From the IMG/VR virus record IMGVR_UViG_3300032320_000934, positions 1 through 35,523 of that record: a DNA stretch of 35,523 bases, one strand, 5' to 3'. The DNA comes from a virus. Taxonomy: Duplodnaviria > Caudoviricetes. The translations under genes were made by a program, and so were the position numbers. The notes under the pieces were generated by a model that was given only the letters and a program-made list of their open reading frames with translations, did no database searches and was not told the origin of the DNA. The number at the start of each line of letters is the position of its first letter. Within the stretch, counting starts at the first letter, position 1. Shown piece by piece: positions 16,554 through 25,371 of the stretch.

Positions 16554-17888
16554 ATGGCTAACATCGACAGCCTAATCTCACGTGTCAGAGTAGAGCTTGG
16601 CGACCTTGGTAAGAGTTTTGTTACCCAGTTTGTTGCTGATGGTTCAACCAACCGTTTTAAATTACACTACGCTCCTCTAGACTCAACCACAGTTACAGTA
16701 CAAACTAAGTGGATATCTAACGGCACTACTTACGACATTACTACTAACGCTCATATTGAAGAATCTACTGGCGTTCTTGTTTTGCTTCAAAATGATGGAG
16801 TCACTCCTTTAGTTCCTGCTGATGGTGATGAACTTACTGTTGCAGGTAATTACTACAGATACTTTACTGGTGCAGAGCTAACTCAACTTATTAATGACGC
16901 TGTTTCTGAACACTCTTCCAATGCGACTGATAGCACTGGTAGAAAAGTAACTTTAGCCACTCTCCCTAGCAGCGAGGAGTATCCAGTCGCTGTATACGCT
17001 ACTACACTGGCTCTATATACTCTGGCTACTGATGCTGCTTTTGATATTGATATTGCTGCTCCTGATGGTGTAAGTATTCCTCGTTCTGAACGTTATCGTC
17101 AGTTGATGGAAATGGTTCAAACCCGTCACGCTCAATATAGAGAGCTTTGCGCTCTAATGGGAGTTGGCCTATACCGTATTGAAGTCTTTGACTTGAATAG
17201 AATTTCTAAGATGACTAATAGACTTATCCCAAGATACGTTCCTCAGGAAGTTGATGACAGGTCTTACCCAGAAAGAGTCAACCTGCCAGAACCTACTCTT
17301 GGAAACAAGCCTCCTACTTGGCCTACAGAGGCTGGCGAGCTTAGTGCTTACCAGGGCAGAGACTTTACAGAAACCCTTGTATTTAACGGAAATTACGCAG
17401 GTAAAACCTTTATTGCTAACCTGTTAAACCAAAGAAGTTCGGTTCTTATAGTTCAACCATTTACTCTAGAAGTAGCCACAACTGGCACTGATGTTATTAC
17501 CGCTGCTTCTAGAACTTCAGGAAGTACAACCATTACTCTTACAACTAGTGCTGCACACGGTCTATCTGCTGGTAACGCTATTGCAATTACTGATGTAGAT
17601 TCTACCGTTAATGGAATAGGTACTGTAGCTACAGTAGTTAACACTACACAGTTTACAGTTACTGGAACAGCTACGACTGCTTTGTCCTTGACAGGATTAA
17701 CTGGTCAGGTAGAAACTAGCGTTGCTAAAAACTATACATTTACACTATCTCTTACACAAGACCAGACTTTGCGTACAGCAGAAAGAACTTACTGGTCTCT
17801 TTCTACTATTGACGCATTTACAGGTGAGCAAGAAGAGATAAAGGGCGGTAAGTTCTTTACTGTTAGAAGTAGAACAACGGTACTTTAA
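16554..17888 (+). CDS. head-tail adaptor-like protein with C-terminal Ig/BppU-like domain and an inserted beta-module
   Basis: ISRVRVELGD...YFTGAELTQLI adaptor motifs; position after the capsid genes. Confidence 0.7.
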   Translation: MANIDSLISRVRVELGDLGKSFVTQFVADGSTNRFKLHYAPLDSTTVTVQTKWISNGTTYDITTNAHIEESTGVLVLLQNDGVTPLVPADGDELTVAGNYYRYFTGAELTQLINDAVSEHSSNATDSTGRKVTLATLPSSEEYPVAVYATTLALYTLATDAAFDIDIAAPDGVSIPRSERYRQLMEMVQTRHAQYRELCALMGVGLYRIEVFDLNRISKMTNRLIPRYVPQEVDDRSYPERVNLPEPTLGNKPPTWPTEAGELSAYQGRDFTETLVFNGNYAGKTFIANLLNQRSSVLIVQPFTLEVATTGTDVITAASRTSGSTTITLTTSAAHGLSAGNAIAITDVDSTVNGIGTVATVVNTTQFTVTGTATTALSLTGLTGQVETSVAKNYTFTLSLTQDQTLRTAERTYWSLSTIDAFTGEQEEIKGGKFFTVRSRTTVL

Positions 17889-17889
17889 A

Positions 17890-18279
17890 ATGACTATATA
17901 TCCAGAAAAAGACGTAGCATTACTTCAGCAGCCTTCTGAAACTATCACAAATTATGATAGCTCTTACTTTTCTGTACCAAATGACCAGGCTCAACCAGAA
18001 GTAGACATTGCACTGCTTCCTGGGGTTCCTGGGCAAAGAGGTCCTCAAGGTGCTCAGGGACCTGCTGGACCTCAAGGCGCTTCAGGTGGCTTTTTAACTT
18101 TTACACAAAACTCAGTAACTACTACATGGACTATAACTCACGCTCTTGGGTACTACCCGTCAGTTACAACAACCGATTCAGCAGGAACAGTAATAGAAGG
18201 AACAATCTCTTATCCATCCATAACTTCGGTAGTGGTTACTTTTGGAATTGCTACCAGCGGCTTTGCTTATCTATCTTAG
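17890..18279 (+). CDS. short collagen-like fibre protein
   Basis: about 8 Gly-X-Y triplets, then a WTITHALGYYPSV...GTV..G.I.Y domain. Confidence 0.8.
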   Translation: MTIYPEKDVALLQQPSETITNYDSSYFSVPNDQAQPEVDIALLPGVPGQRGPQGAQGPAGPQGASGGFLTFTQNSVTTTWTITHALGYYPSVTTTDSAGTVIEGTISYPSITSVVVTFGIATSGFAYLS

Positions 18280-18287
18280 GAAAATAA

Positions 18288-19997
18288 ATGGCTAGAAAAT
18301 TTTTAACCCCGATTGACCTCACTAAACTTGAGATTCAAAATGTGGCTTTGCAAAATCTTGGTTCAGACCCAAGTACGCCAGCTACTGGTCAAATCTACTT
18401 CAACACCGGTGGAACCGTTAAGGTATACAACGGCAGCGCTTGGCTATCTCTTAGCACTACAAGCGGAACTGTAACCTCTGTAACAGGTACTTCTCCAGTT
18501 GTATCTAGCGGAGGAACTACTCCAGCTATTTCTTTAGCTTCTGGCTACGGTGATACCCTAAACCCATACGCCACTAAAACTAATAACTATGTTTTAGCTG
18601 GTGCTGCATCTGGTGGTTCAACTACTCCTACATTCCGTGCTTTAGTTGCTGCTGATATTCCTAACACTTTAAACGCAACCACTTTTGGTGGCGCTGTTGC
18701 TATGGGTAACAACAAGATTACTGGTCTTGGAACCCCTACCGCTGCTGCTGATGCTGCTACCAAAGACTATGTAGATAACGTATCTGCTGGTATCAACATT
18801 CACGCTGCTGTAGTTGCTGCCACAACTGGTACTATCTCAGGTACTTACGCCGCTGGTTCAACCACCGCTAACCCTCCAGGCGATGGTGGAACTGGTGTTG
18901 GTGCAACTATTACTTATGCCGCTACTGGAGTGGTCACTTTAGATACTTCTGTAACTCTTGCCGCTGGTGACCGTGTTCTTGTAAAAAATGGTGTTACTAC
19001 TGGTGCGGCAGGAACAACCTCTAGCATTGCTAATGGTATTTATGTAGTTACTACTGCTGGTGCTGTTGGAACAGCCGCAATCCTAACTCGCTCTACTGAC
19101 GCTGACAATAACAACTTTGGTGACCTTACTGCTGGTGACCTGGTTTACGTTATTGGTGGTGACACTTTTGGTGGTGACCAGTTTGTTCAAACTGCTAAGG
19201 GAACTGCAACTCAGGGAAGTGGGTCAGCAACTACCTACTCTATAAAGATTGGCACTGATGCCATTTCTTACACCCAGTTTTCTGGTTCAGGTGCTGTTCC
19301 TAACGCAACTACTACCACTACTGGTATTGCGTCATTCCCAGCAGCACAGTTCTCGGTTTCTTCTGGTGCGGTAACTATTGACAACCTTGCTGGTGAAAAG
19401 ATTACTTCTGGAACAGTTGGTAACGGATTTATCGCGTCTGCTCTAACAGGTAAGACTTATAACAAACTTACTATTACCGCACCAGCAACTGGTTCTTCCC
19501 TCACTATTGCTGACCTAAAAACACTTACCGTAAACAACAGCATTACTCTTGCAGGTACTGATAACACAACCATGACCTTCCCAAGCACTAACGCAACTAT
19601 TGCTAGAACTGATGCTGCGCAAACATTTACGGGAACTCAAACTATTCAAGCTGCTTCTACTCAAGATGCAGTTAGGTTACAGGGACGCGCGGGCGGTACA
19701 TCAAGCTATATTGCTACTTTGACTCCAGCAACGCTGAACGGTAGCGTCACACTTACCCTCCCTAGCTCACAAGCTGCTCAAGGATTCACCTTAGCCCGTA
19801 CTTTGACCGGAACAGTGGTAGTGTCATCTGGTACTGGTACAATTACACATAATATGAATAACCAATATGTCCTTGTTCAGATTTTTGACAACAGCACTAA
19901 CGCTCTTGTGGACATGGACGTCACATTAGCTACCGCAAATACAGTTACCGTAGCAGCTACCACAGATGCAACATATCGTTATGTAATTATCGGCTAG
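18288..19997 (+). CDS. fibre protein
   Basis: NKITGLGTPTAAADAATKDYVD, GDRVLVKN...NGIYVV...LTRSTDAD, C-terminal TITHNMN domain. Confidence 0.8.
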   Translation: MARKFLTPIDLTKLEIQNVALQNLGSDPSTPATGQIYFNTGGTVKVYNGSAWLSLSTTSGTVTSVTGTSPVVSSGGTTPAISLASGYGDTLNPYATKTNNYVLAGAASGGSTTPTFRALVAADIPNTLNATTFGGAVAMGNNKITGLGTPTAAADAATKDYVDNVSAGINIHAAVVAATTGTISGTYAAGSTTANPPGDGGTGVGATITYAATGVVTLDTSVTLAAGDRVLVKNGVTTGAAGTTSSIANGIYVVTTAGAVGTAAILTRSTDADNNNFGDLTAGDLVYVIGGDTFGGDQFVQTAKGTATQGSGSATTYSIKIGTDAISYTQFSGSGAVPNATTTTTGIASFPAAQFSVSSGAVTIDNLAGEKITSGTVGNGFIASALTGKTYNKLTITAPATGSSLTIADLKTLTVNNSITLAGTDNTTMTFPSTNATIARTDAAQTFTGTQTIQAASTQDAVRLQGRAGGTSSYIATLTPATLNGSVTLTLPSSQAAQGFTLARTLTGTVVVSSGTGTITHNMNNQYVLVQIFDNSTNALVDMDVTLATANTVTVAATTDATYRYVIIG

Positions 19998-20006
19998 GAT
20001 TACTTC

Positions 20007-20396
20007 ATGGCAAAAAAAGTATTAACAACTCTTGATTTAAACAACGGAACTACAACTACAGCTGCTGCTGGTTTTGGCTTTATGGGTATTCCACAGAATG
20101 CCACGACCACTGGTTCTTATACAGTGGCAGCTACAGATGCTGGAAAACACATTTATGCTTCGGCAACACGAACAGTGACTATTAACTCAAATGCCAACCT
20201 TGCACTACCTATTGGAACTACCCTTACATTTATTGCCGGCTCTGGTGCAACAATGACTATTGCTATCACTACAGACACCATGTATTTAGCAGGTCCAGGA
20301 ACTACAGGTTCCAGAACTCTAGCTCCATTTGGTATTGCAACAGCTGTAAAGATAACCTCCACATCTTGGCTAATCTCTGGAAACGGGCTGACATAA
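20007..20396 (+). CDS. fibre-associated structural protein
   Basis: SYTVAATDAGK...PIGT...ATAVKITSTSWLISGN. Confidence 0.75.
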   Translation: MAKKVLTTLDLNNGTTTTAAAGFGFMGIPQNATTTGSYTVAATDAGKHIYASATRTVTINSNANLALPIGTTLTFIAGSGATMTIAITTDTMYLAGPGTTGSRTLAPFGIATAVKITSTSWLISGNGLT

Positions 20397-20881
20397 TGGC
20401 TGGCATTGCTCAGGGACTTATTGGCTCAATCAAAACTGCATCTGCACCTGCCGGGGACTTGGTTCTGAACGGTTCGTTTACCGTAAATGTTAACGGTTGG
20501 TATAATGAATACGATGTTTCCAGAAGCACTGCTGTATACAACTCTTCACCAGCAAGCATGTTTGTAAGTTATCTATTTGGCGAAGATGCCCCATATACCA
20601 GTTATTCTCGAACCGGTGTTCTAACTATTGGTCAGGCTTACTCACTCAGCTTGTGGCTGAAGAACGCTAACTCATTTGGCTCTTTAACTGTCGTTCTACA
20701 ATGTGGAACTGCGAGCAAGCAAACTGTTTTGTCCCACACTGCTTCTGGTCCATGGGTGAACATAAAAGTTGAAAACGTAGTTTGTGCAGGTAACACCAAC
20801 ATGACTATCTCAATTGCCTCAGATGCAGAAGTATTTTACGTGGATGACGTGGTAGCGGTAGCAGGAACTACGGCACCGTAA
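20396..20881 (+). CDS. carbohydrate-binding (CBM4/9-like) virion protein
   Basis: TAATG-coupled ATG 20396; LVLNGSF...GW...YSLSLWLK...FYVDDV. Confidence 0.7.
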   Translation: MAGIAQGLIGSIKTASAPAGDLVLNGSFTVNVNGWYNEYDVSRSTAVYNSSPASMFVSYLFGEDAPYTSYSRTGVLTIGQAYSLSLWLKNANSFGSLTVVLQCGTASKQTVLSHTASGPWVNIKVENVVCAGNTNMTISIASDAEVFYVDDVVAVAGTTAP

Positions 20882-20935
20882 AAACATTAAAAAGTTAAGC
20901 CTCTACTGGGCTAAATAAACATTTAGGATAGGATA

Positions 20936-21574
20936 ATGCCTAGAAAAACGCTTATAAAGCACAGACGGGATACTAAAGCCAATTGGGCTTCAATTAACCC
21001 TATTCTTGCTGATGGTGAACCTGCTGTAGAAACAGACACCAATAGAACCAAGGTTGGTAACGGGGTATCTACTTGGAGTCAACTTGGATACCAAAGTGTT
21101 CCTTTTTATGGAGCATTTCAAGATGACACAACACAAACAATTGCGAGCACTACTACTGCTTATGCAATGAAGCTTGGAACAACAGACTTTAGTAATGGCG
21201 TAACTGTTGTTAGTAATGGGTCAGGTCTTACTAGAATAACCTTTGCTCATGCCGGTTTGTACAATCTTCAGTGGAGTGGGCAGTTTATGAACACATCGAA
21301 CTCTGACCAGGATATAGCTGTATGGTTAAGAAAAAATGGTACTGATATCCCTGGTAGTACTGGACACGTTACCGTACCAGGTAGGCACGGCTCAGTTAAT
21401 GGCGCAATTATTTCAGCTTGGAATTACTTTGTTTCCGTTACTGCTGGTCAATACATAGAACTTATGTGGCACGCTGATAGTACAGGAGTTACTTTGCATT
21501 ATTATTCTGCAGGAACTACTCCTACAATACCTACTACTGCATCTGTAATTGTTACAGTTCAGCAAGTTGCCTAA
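20936..21574 (+). CDS. Mtd/hyaluronidase N-terminal domain plus C1q/TNF-like domain fibre protein
   Basis: RRDTKANWASINPILADGEPAVETDT..KVGNG.STWSQLGY; ITFAHAGLYNL...WLRKNGTDI. Confidence 0.8.
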   Translation: MPRKTLIKHRRDTKANWASINPILADGEPAVETDTNRTKVGNGVSTWSQLGYQSVPFYGAFQDDTTQTIASTTTAYAMKLGTTDFSNGVTVVSNGSGLTRITFAHAGLYNLQWSGQFMNTSNSDQDIAVWLRKNGTDIPGSTGHVTVPGRHGSVNGAIISAWNYFVSVTAGQYIELMWHADSTGVTLHYYSAGTTPTIPTTASVIVTVQQVA

Positions 21575-21617
21575 TTAAATTAGGCCTAAAATAAGACTAT
21601 ATAGATAAGGATTTATA

Positions 21618-22556
21618 ATGCCCGCAAATACCGTACTTAAGCTTAGAGCTGGTACTAAATCAGAATGGTCAGCAACTGGTAACAGCAAAACTGTTACTAG
21701 CGCTTCAGTAGTTGTTGGTACAGATACAGTTGCTAGATACTCATCTACTGCTCATGGGTTTGTTGTTGGTAACACTGTGACAGTTACTGGACTTACCGTT
21801 ACTACCGGAAATAATCCATATAATACCACTGCAGTTATTTTTGCTGTTGCTACTGACACTTTTGATATAAAGTTAACTACTGGAACTACTGGTGGGGCTA
21901 CCACTACTTCAGGAACTGCTGTTCTAGTAGTTCTTGCTAAAGGTGAAGCTGCCGTAGAAACCGACACTTCTTCATTAAAAATTGGAGACGGAACTTCTGC
22001 TTGGGCAGACATTCCTTATACTAATTTCACAGCAAATAAAGCCTCTTACTATGTTTTAAACTCAAACCAAGACATGATTGGAACTAATAGCGAACAAAAC
22101 ATTTTTGATAATCGACTTCCATTAGAAGCATCTACTACCTACCAGTTTGAAATACAAGGAGTTATTCTTGCTGCAAACACAACTTCTAAGAATTTTGCTT
22201 TTGGTTTTGAACAAACTGGAATGACAGCTTGGTCAACAATCAGATACAACTGGGTGGTTGGAACTCGTCCAGATACAACAACTCACTACTCACTTGAAGA
22301 CAAAACTTTTGCAGGAAGCAGCTATGTAGCTGATAACTTAATTGACTTATACCCAGCAGATACAAACCCTGTTGTACTCTTTAATATTAAAGGAATAATC
22401 CGAACAGGAGCTGGAAGTTCTTACTTCCAACCACGTATTGACTGGAGCACTTCTCCTGGAACAGGAACTCAAGTTTTAGCTGGAAGCTTTATTAGAGTAG
22501 AAAAGCTTGGTGTATCTAGTGTTACTTCTATTGGTGGTTGGACTACGAATACCTAA
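21618..22556 (+). CDS. fibre protein with Mtd/hyaluronidase N-terminal domain split by an inserted beta-module
   Basis: LRAGTKSEWSA [about 83 aa] VLAKGEAAVETDT..LKIGDG.SAWADIPY. Confidence 0.8.
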   Translation: MPANTVLKLRAGTKSEWSATGNSKTVTSASVVVGTDTVARYSSTAHGFVVGNTVTVTGLTVTTGNNPYNTTAVIFAVATDTFDIKLTTGTTGGATTTSGTAVLVVLAKGEAAVETDTSSLKIGDGTSAWADIPYTNFTANKASYYVLNSNQDMIGTNSEQNIFDNRLPLEASTTYQFEIQGVILAANTTSKNFAFGFEQTGMTAWSTIRYNWVVGTRPDTTTHYSLEDKTFAGSSYVADNLIDLYPADTNPVVLFNIKGIIRTGAGSSYFQPRIDWSTSPGTGTQVLAGSFIRVEKLGVSSVTSIGGWTTNT

Positions 22557-23158
22557 TGCGTGGGAATAAAATTCAGGGTAGGTTTGACCTAGATTACGAA
22601 ACCCTCTCAATGTATGAGGGTATTGCTGAGGATTTGGGCGGCACAGTAGGTGTTGACGTTAATTGGTGGCGTTGGCAAGACTACTATCTACAAGATAACT
22701 ACACAAGTATTGTTGATGACGTTTATGATGTAGGCAGTTCTGTGACTGGTGGTGGGCGTCGTTGGATGCTTCCTTTTAACATGCCTGTAGTTATGGCACA
22801 GCTTATTCGTTCAACTAACGTTATGAACCAGCGTGGTTTCTATGTTACAGATACTTTACGACTTGTAATTAGCGCTGGAGATGCGGAACGACTTTTGCCT
22901 GGTCTTTTGACTAACCCTAGCAGTCATATTAAAGACAGGGTTGTATACCGTAACCAGGTATTCGTTCCTACACGTGTTTTGCCTCGTGGTTCCTTTGGCT
23001 ATAACTGGGCTGTAGTAACTGTTGATTGCAACCAAATGAACGCTGAAGAGTTGGTCAATGACCCACAATTCCTTAAATATGCTACCCCAGCATTAGCTGA
23101 GGATAGAACAATTGGATATGGAAACGGAGCCTATGGCTCAGATAGTTACGGAGAGTAA
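22556..23158 (+). CDS. putative head-closure/neck protein
   Basis: TAATG-coupled ATG 22556; DDVYD, RGFY..D, DRVVYRNQVF; position in the gene order. Confidence 0.6.
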   Translation: MRGNKIQGRFDLDYETLSMYEGIAEDLGGTVGVDVNWWRWQDYYLQDNYTSIVDDVYDVGSSVTGGGRRWMLPFNMPVVMAQLIRSTNVMNQRGFYVTDTLRLVISAGDAERLLPGLLTNPSSHIKDRVVYRNQVFVPTRVLPRGSFGYNWAVVTVDCNQMNAEELVNDPQFLKYATPALAEDRTIGYGNGAYGSDSYGE

Positions 23159-23160
23159 AT

Positions 23161-23376
23161 ATGCCATTAGTTAAACCTACAGTAGGACAGACTGCTTGGG
23201 GAACAACCCTAAATAGTGCCCTTGATTATTTAGACACAAAAGTCGGCCCATGGGTATCAGCACCCTCCACAGCTACCTCAACTGGTACTGCTGGTCAGAT
23301 GGCCTATGCTTCAGGATTTTTGTATGTGTGTGTTGCAACCAACACTTGGAAACGAACTGCACTAAGTAGCTGGTAG
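23161..23376 (+). CDS. minimal fibre-type protein
   Basis: WGTTLNSALDYLD anchor-like motif fused to the GQMAY...LYVCVATNTWKR.ALSSW tip-like motif. Confidence 0.75.
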   Translation: MPLVKPTVGQTAWGTTLNSALDYLDTKVGPWVSAPSTATSTGTAGQMAYASGFLYVCVATNTWKRTALSSW

Positions 23377-23377
23377 T

Positions 23378-23500
23378 ATGCCATTTCTATCTCAAGCCCA
23401 ACGTGCATGGATGTATGCCAATAAGCCAGAGATGGCTAAAGAGTGGGAAAAGCATACCAAGAAGAAAAAACTAGTTAAGAAGGTAAAGAATGGCAACTAA
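23378..23500 (+). CDS. 40-aa basic microprotein (not in ORF track)
   Basis: MPFLSQAQRAWMYANKPEMAKEWEKHTKKKKLVKKVKNGN. Confidence 0.75.
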   Translation: MPFLSQAQRAWMYANKPEMAKEWEKHTKKKKLVKKVKNGN

Positions 23501-23648
23501 ATCTGTAAGAATTCCTAAAACTAAAACTTCTCGCCCTAAGAAAAACGGTAAGGCTTCTGAAACTGTTAAGGCTCATCACACTGCTAAAGTTGGTAAAATT
23601 AAAGGCAAGAAACCTGTAAATTCTAAATCTAATTATGGAGTGAACTAA
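23490..23648 (+). CDS. 52-aa Lys-rich microprotein (not in ORF track)
   Basis: AAGG RBS; MATKSVRIPKTKTSRPKK...; TAATG junction with the next ORF. Confidence 0.7.
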   Translation: MATKSVRIPKTKTSRPKKNGKASETVKAHHTAKVGKIKGKKPVNSKSNYGVN

Positions 23649-23782
23649 TGGCACGTAAACCAGTAACCAATGAAAGAAACACCAAAGACCACATTGGTCG
23701 TGGTGGAAAGACAGTTCTTCCTAAGCACAAGGGTAAGCTACCTAAGCCTCCTAAGCACATGGGAACCAGGAAAGGCCGCTAA
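23648..23782 (+). CDS. 44-aa basic microprotein (not in ORF track)
   Basis: GGAG RBS; TAATG junctions on both sides. Confidence 0.75.
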   Translation: MARKPVTNERNTKDHIGRGGKTVLPKHKGKLPKPPKHMGTRKGR

Positions 23783-24129
23783 TGGGCATTAGAAAAGCAG
23801 GTAGAATAGCAAAAACTATCCATGATGTTGCTACTTCTAAGGACCCAGGAGCAGCTGCGGGAAAAGTAGTCCGTACCGCATTAACTGTGTCTCACCCTAT
23901 TCTAGGTACTGTAGCTGGTCCTTTAGTTGAAAAAGGAACTGCTGCCGCAGTTAACAAAGGCATTGAAATTGCAAAGAACCCAGAAGTTCAAGCAAAGGTA
24001 AAAGAAGTTGCTAAGGAAACAGGTAAAAAAACTGTTGAAATTGGCGGTAAAGCTGTTCGAGCAGTTAGGCGCGGTGCCGGTGCAGCTGCTCGTAAAGCGC
24101 AGGCATTTAGAGAAGGACATGGTAAATAA
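23782..24129 (+). CDS. Ala/Lys/Gly-rich helical protein
   Basis: TAATG junctions on both sides. Confidence 0.8.
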   Translation: MGIRKAGRIAKTIHDVATSKDPGAAAGKVVRTALTVSHPILGTVAGPLVEKGTAAAVNKGIEIAKNPEVQAKVKEVAKETGKKTVEIGGKAVRAVRRGAGAAARKAQAFREGHGK

Positions 24130-24434
24130 TGGCTGAAAAGAAGAAACACCACTCAAAGGGTAAAGACCCACGCCTAGTACGTGCTGGAGTATCGGGTTAC
24201 AACAAGCCTAAGGCAACTCCAGGGGCTGCAAAGTCACATGTTGTTGTAGCAAAAGTTGGAGACCAGGTTAAGACTATCCGATTTGGTCAGCAAGGCGTTA
24301 AAGGTTCGCCAAAGAAGAAGGGCGAGTCTAAGGCGTATGCTGCTCGTCGTAAGGCTTTTCAAGACCGTCATGCTAAGAACATTGCCAAAGGACCTATGTC
24401 TGCAGCTTACTGGGCTAATAAGGTTAAATGGTAA
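24129..24434 (+). CDS. basic phage protein (IRFGQQG...RRKAF..RH...SAAYWA...W family)
   Basis: motif pattern recurrent in aquatic phages; coupled on both sides. Confidence 0.8.
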   Translation: MAEKKKHHSKGKDPRLVRAGVSGYNKPKATPGAAKSHVVVAKVGDQVKTIRFGQQGVKGSPKKKGESKAYAARRKAFQDRHAKNIAKGPMSAAYWANKVKW

Positions 24435-24679
24435 TGACTAAAGTTACTGCAGGTGGATTAAAACACAAAGTCACTAAGAAAAAAGAAGACCGTGGTGCTG
24501 GAGATAAAGGCGACATCGTTGTTGAGCAGACTAGCAAGTCTGGCAAGAAAGAACGCATGAATCTAACCAAGCTTGCTGGTTCTAAAACTGTTAAGCAGGG
24601 TGTAAAAGCTACTAAGGCATACCACAAGAAACATCCAGAAATTGGTAAAGGAAAACGAAGTGGCAGTAAAAAAAAGTAA
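24434..24679 (+). CDS. Lys-rich hypothetical protein
   Basis: TAATG-coupled ATG 24434. Confidence 0.75.
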   Translation: MTKVTAGGLKHKVTKKKEDRGAGDKGDIVVEQTSKSGKKERMNLTKLAGSKTVKQGVKATKAYHKKHPEIGKGKRSGSKKK

Positions 24680-24848
24680 GTCTAAGGTTAACGAGGCTGG
24701 CAACTACACTAAGCCAGAGCTTCGTAAATCATTGTTTAAGAAGATTAAGGCTGGCAGCAAGGGTGGAGACCCAGGAGAGTGGTCAGCTAGAAAAGCCCAG
24801 CTCCTTGCTGCAGAGTACAAGAAGGCTGGCGGAGGCTACAAGAACTAA
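24660..24848 (+). CDS. DUF5872-like protein, N-terminal half
   Basis: AAGGAA RBS, GTG 24660; YTKPELR...KGGDPGEWSARKAQLLAAEYKKAGGGY. Confidence 0.75.
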   Translation: MAVKKSKSKVNEAGNYTKPELRKSLFKKIKAGSKGGDPGEWSARKAQLLAAEYKKAGGGYKN

Positions 24849-25090
24849 TGGCTAAAGCAAAGTCCCAACATTCACTGGATAAGTGGACTAAGGAAGAATG
24901 GGGAACCTCAGATGGTAAGCCGTCTAAGGGTAAAAAACGCTATCTTCCTAAGAAGGCTTGGGATGACCTTACTCCAGCAGAAAAAGCCGCTACTAATCGC
25001 GCAAAAAGAAAAGGCGATGGCGGTAAAAAGGGTAAGCAACATGTCCCACAACCTAAAAAGATTGCTAAAAAGACAGCGAGACACAGATAA
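24848..25090 (+). CDS. DUF5872-like protein, C-terminal half
   Basis: GGAGG RBS; SLDKWTKEEWGTSDGK...RYLPKKAW..L...EKAATNRAKR. Confidence 0.75.
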   Translation: MAKAKSQHSLDKWTKEEWGTSDGKPSKGKKRYLPKKAWDDLTPAEKAATNRAKRKGDGGKKGKQHVPQPKKIAKKTARHR

Positions 25091-25371
25091 TGGCAGAGAC
25101 CAAGAGATTCGGTCCGTATAAGGGCTCAGCGGCCAATGGAGGGCGTCCAATCTATGTCTACAAGACTAAGGGCAAAGACGGTAAATGGCACACTACAAGC
25201 AAGAATAAGGCCCGTGCGGAGTATGAAGAGAAAAACGGTAAATTACCCCGTAATGTTGATGTAGACCATAAAAACAACAAACATGCTGATGACCGTAAGT
25301 CTAACCTACGTCCTTTGAAGCATGGAAAGAACACCGCTAAAGAAAACAAGCGGAGAGCAGGAAAGAAGTAA
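25090..25371 (+). CDS. small basic HNH-motif protein
   Basis: DVDHKNNKHADDRKSNLRPLKHGKN. Confidence 0.8.
   Translation: MAETKRFGPYKGSAANGGRPIYVYKTKGKDGKWHTTSKNKARAEYEEKNGKLPRNVDVDHKNNKHADDRKSNLRPLKHGKNTAKENKRRAGKK

Noticed and set aside
20936-22556. Diversity-generating retroelement suggested by the Mtd-like N-termini
   Set aside because: No reverse transcriptase and no TR/VR pair with adenine-specific mismatches seen in this window.
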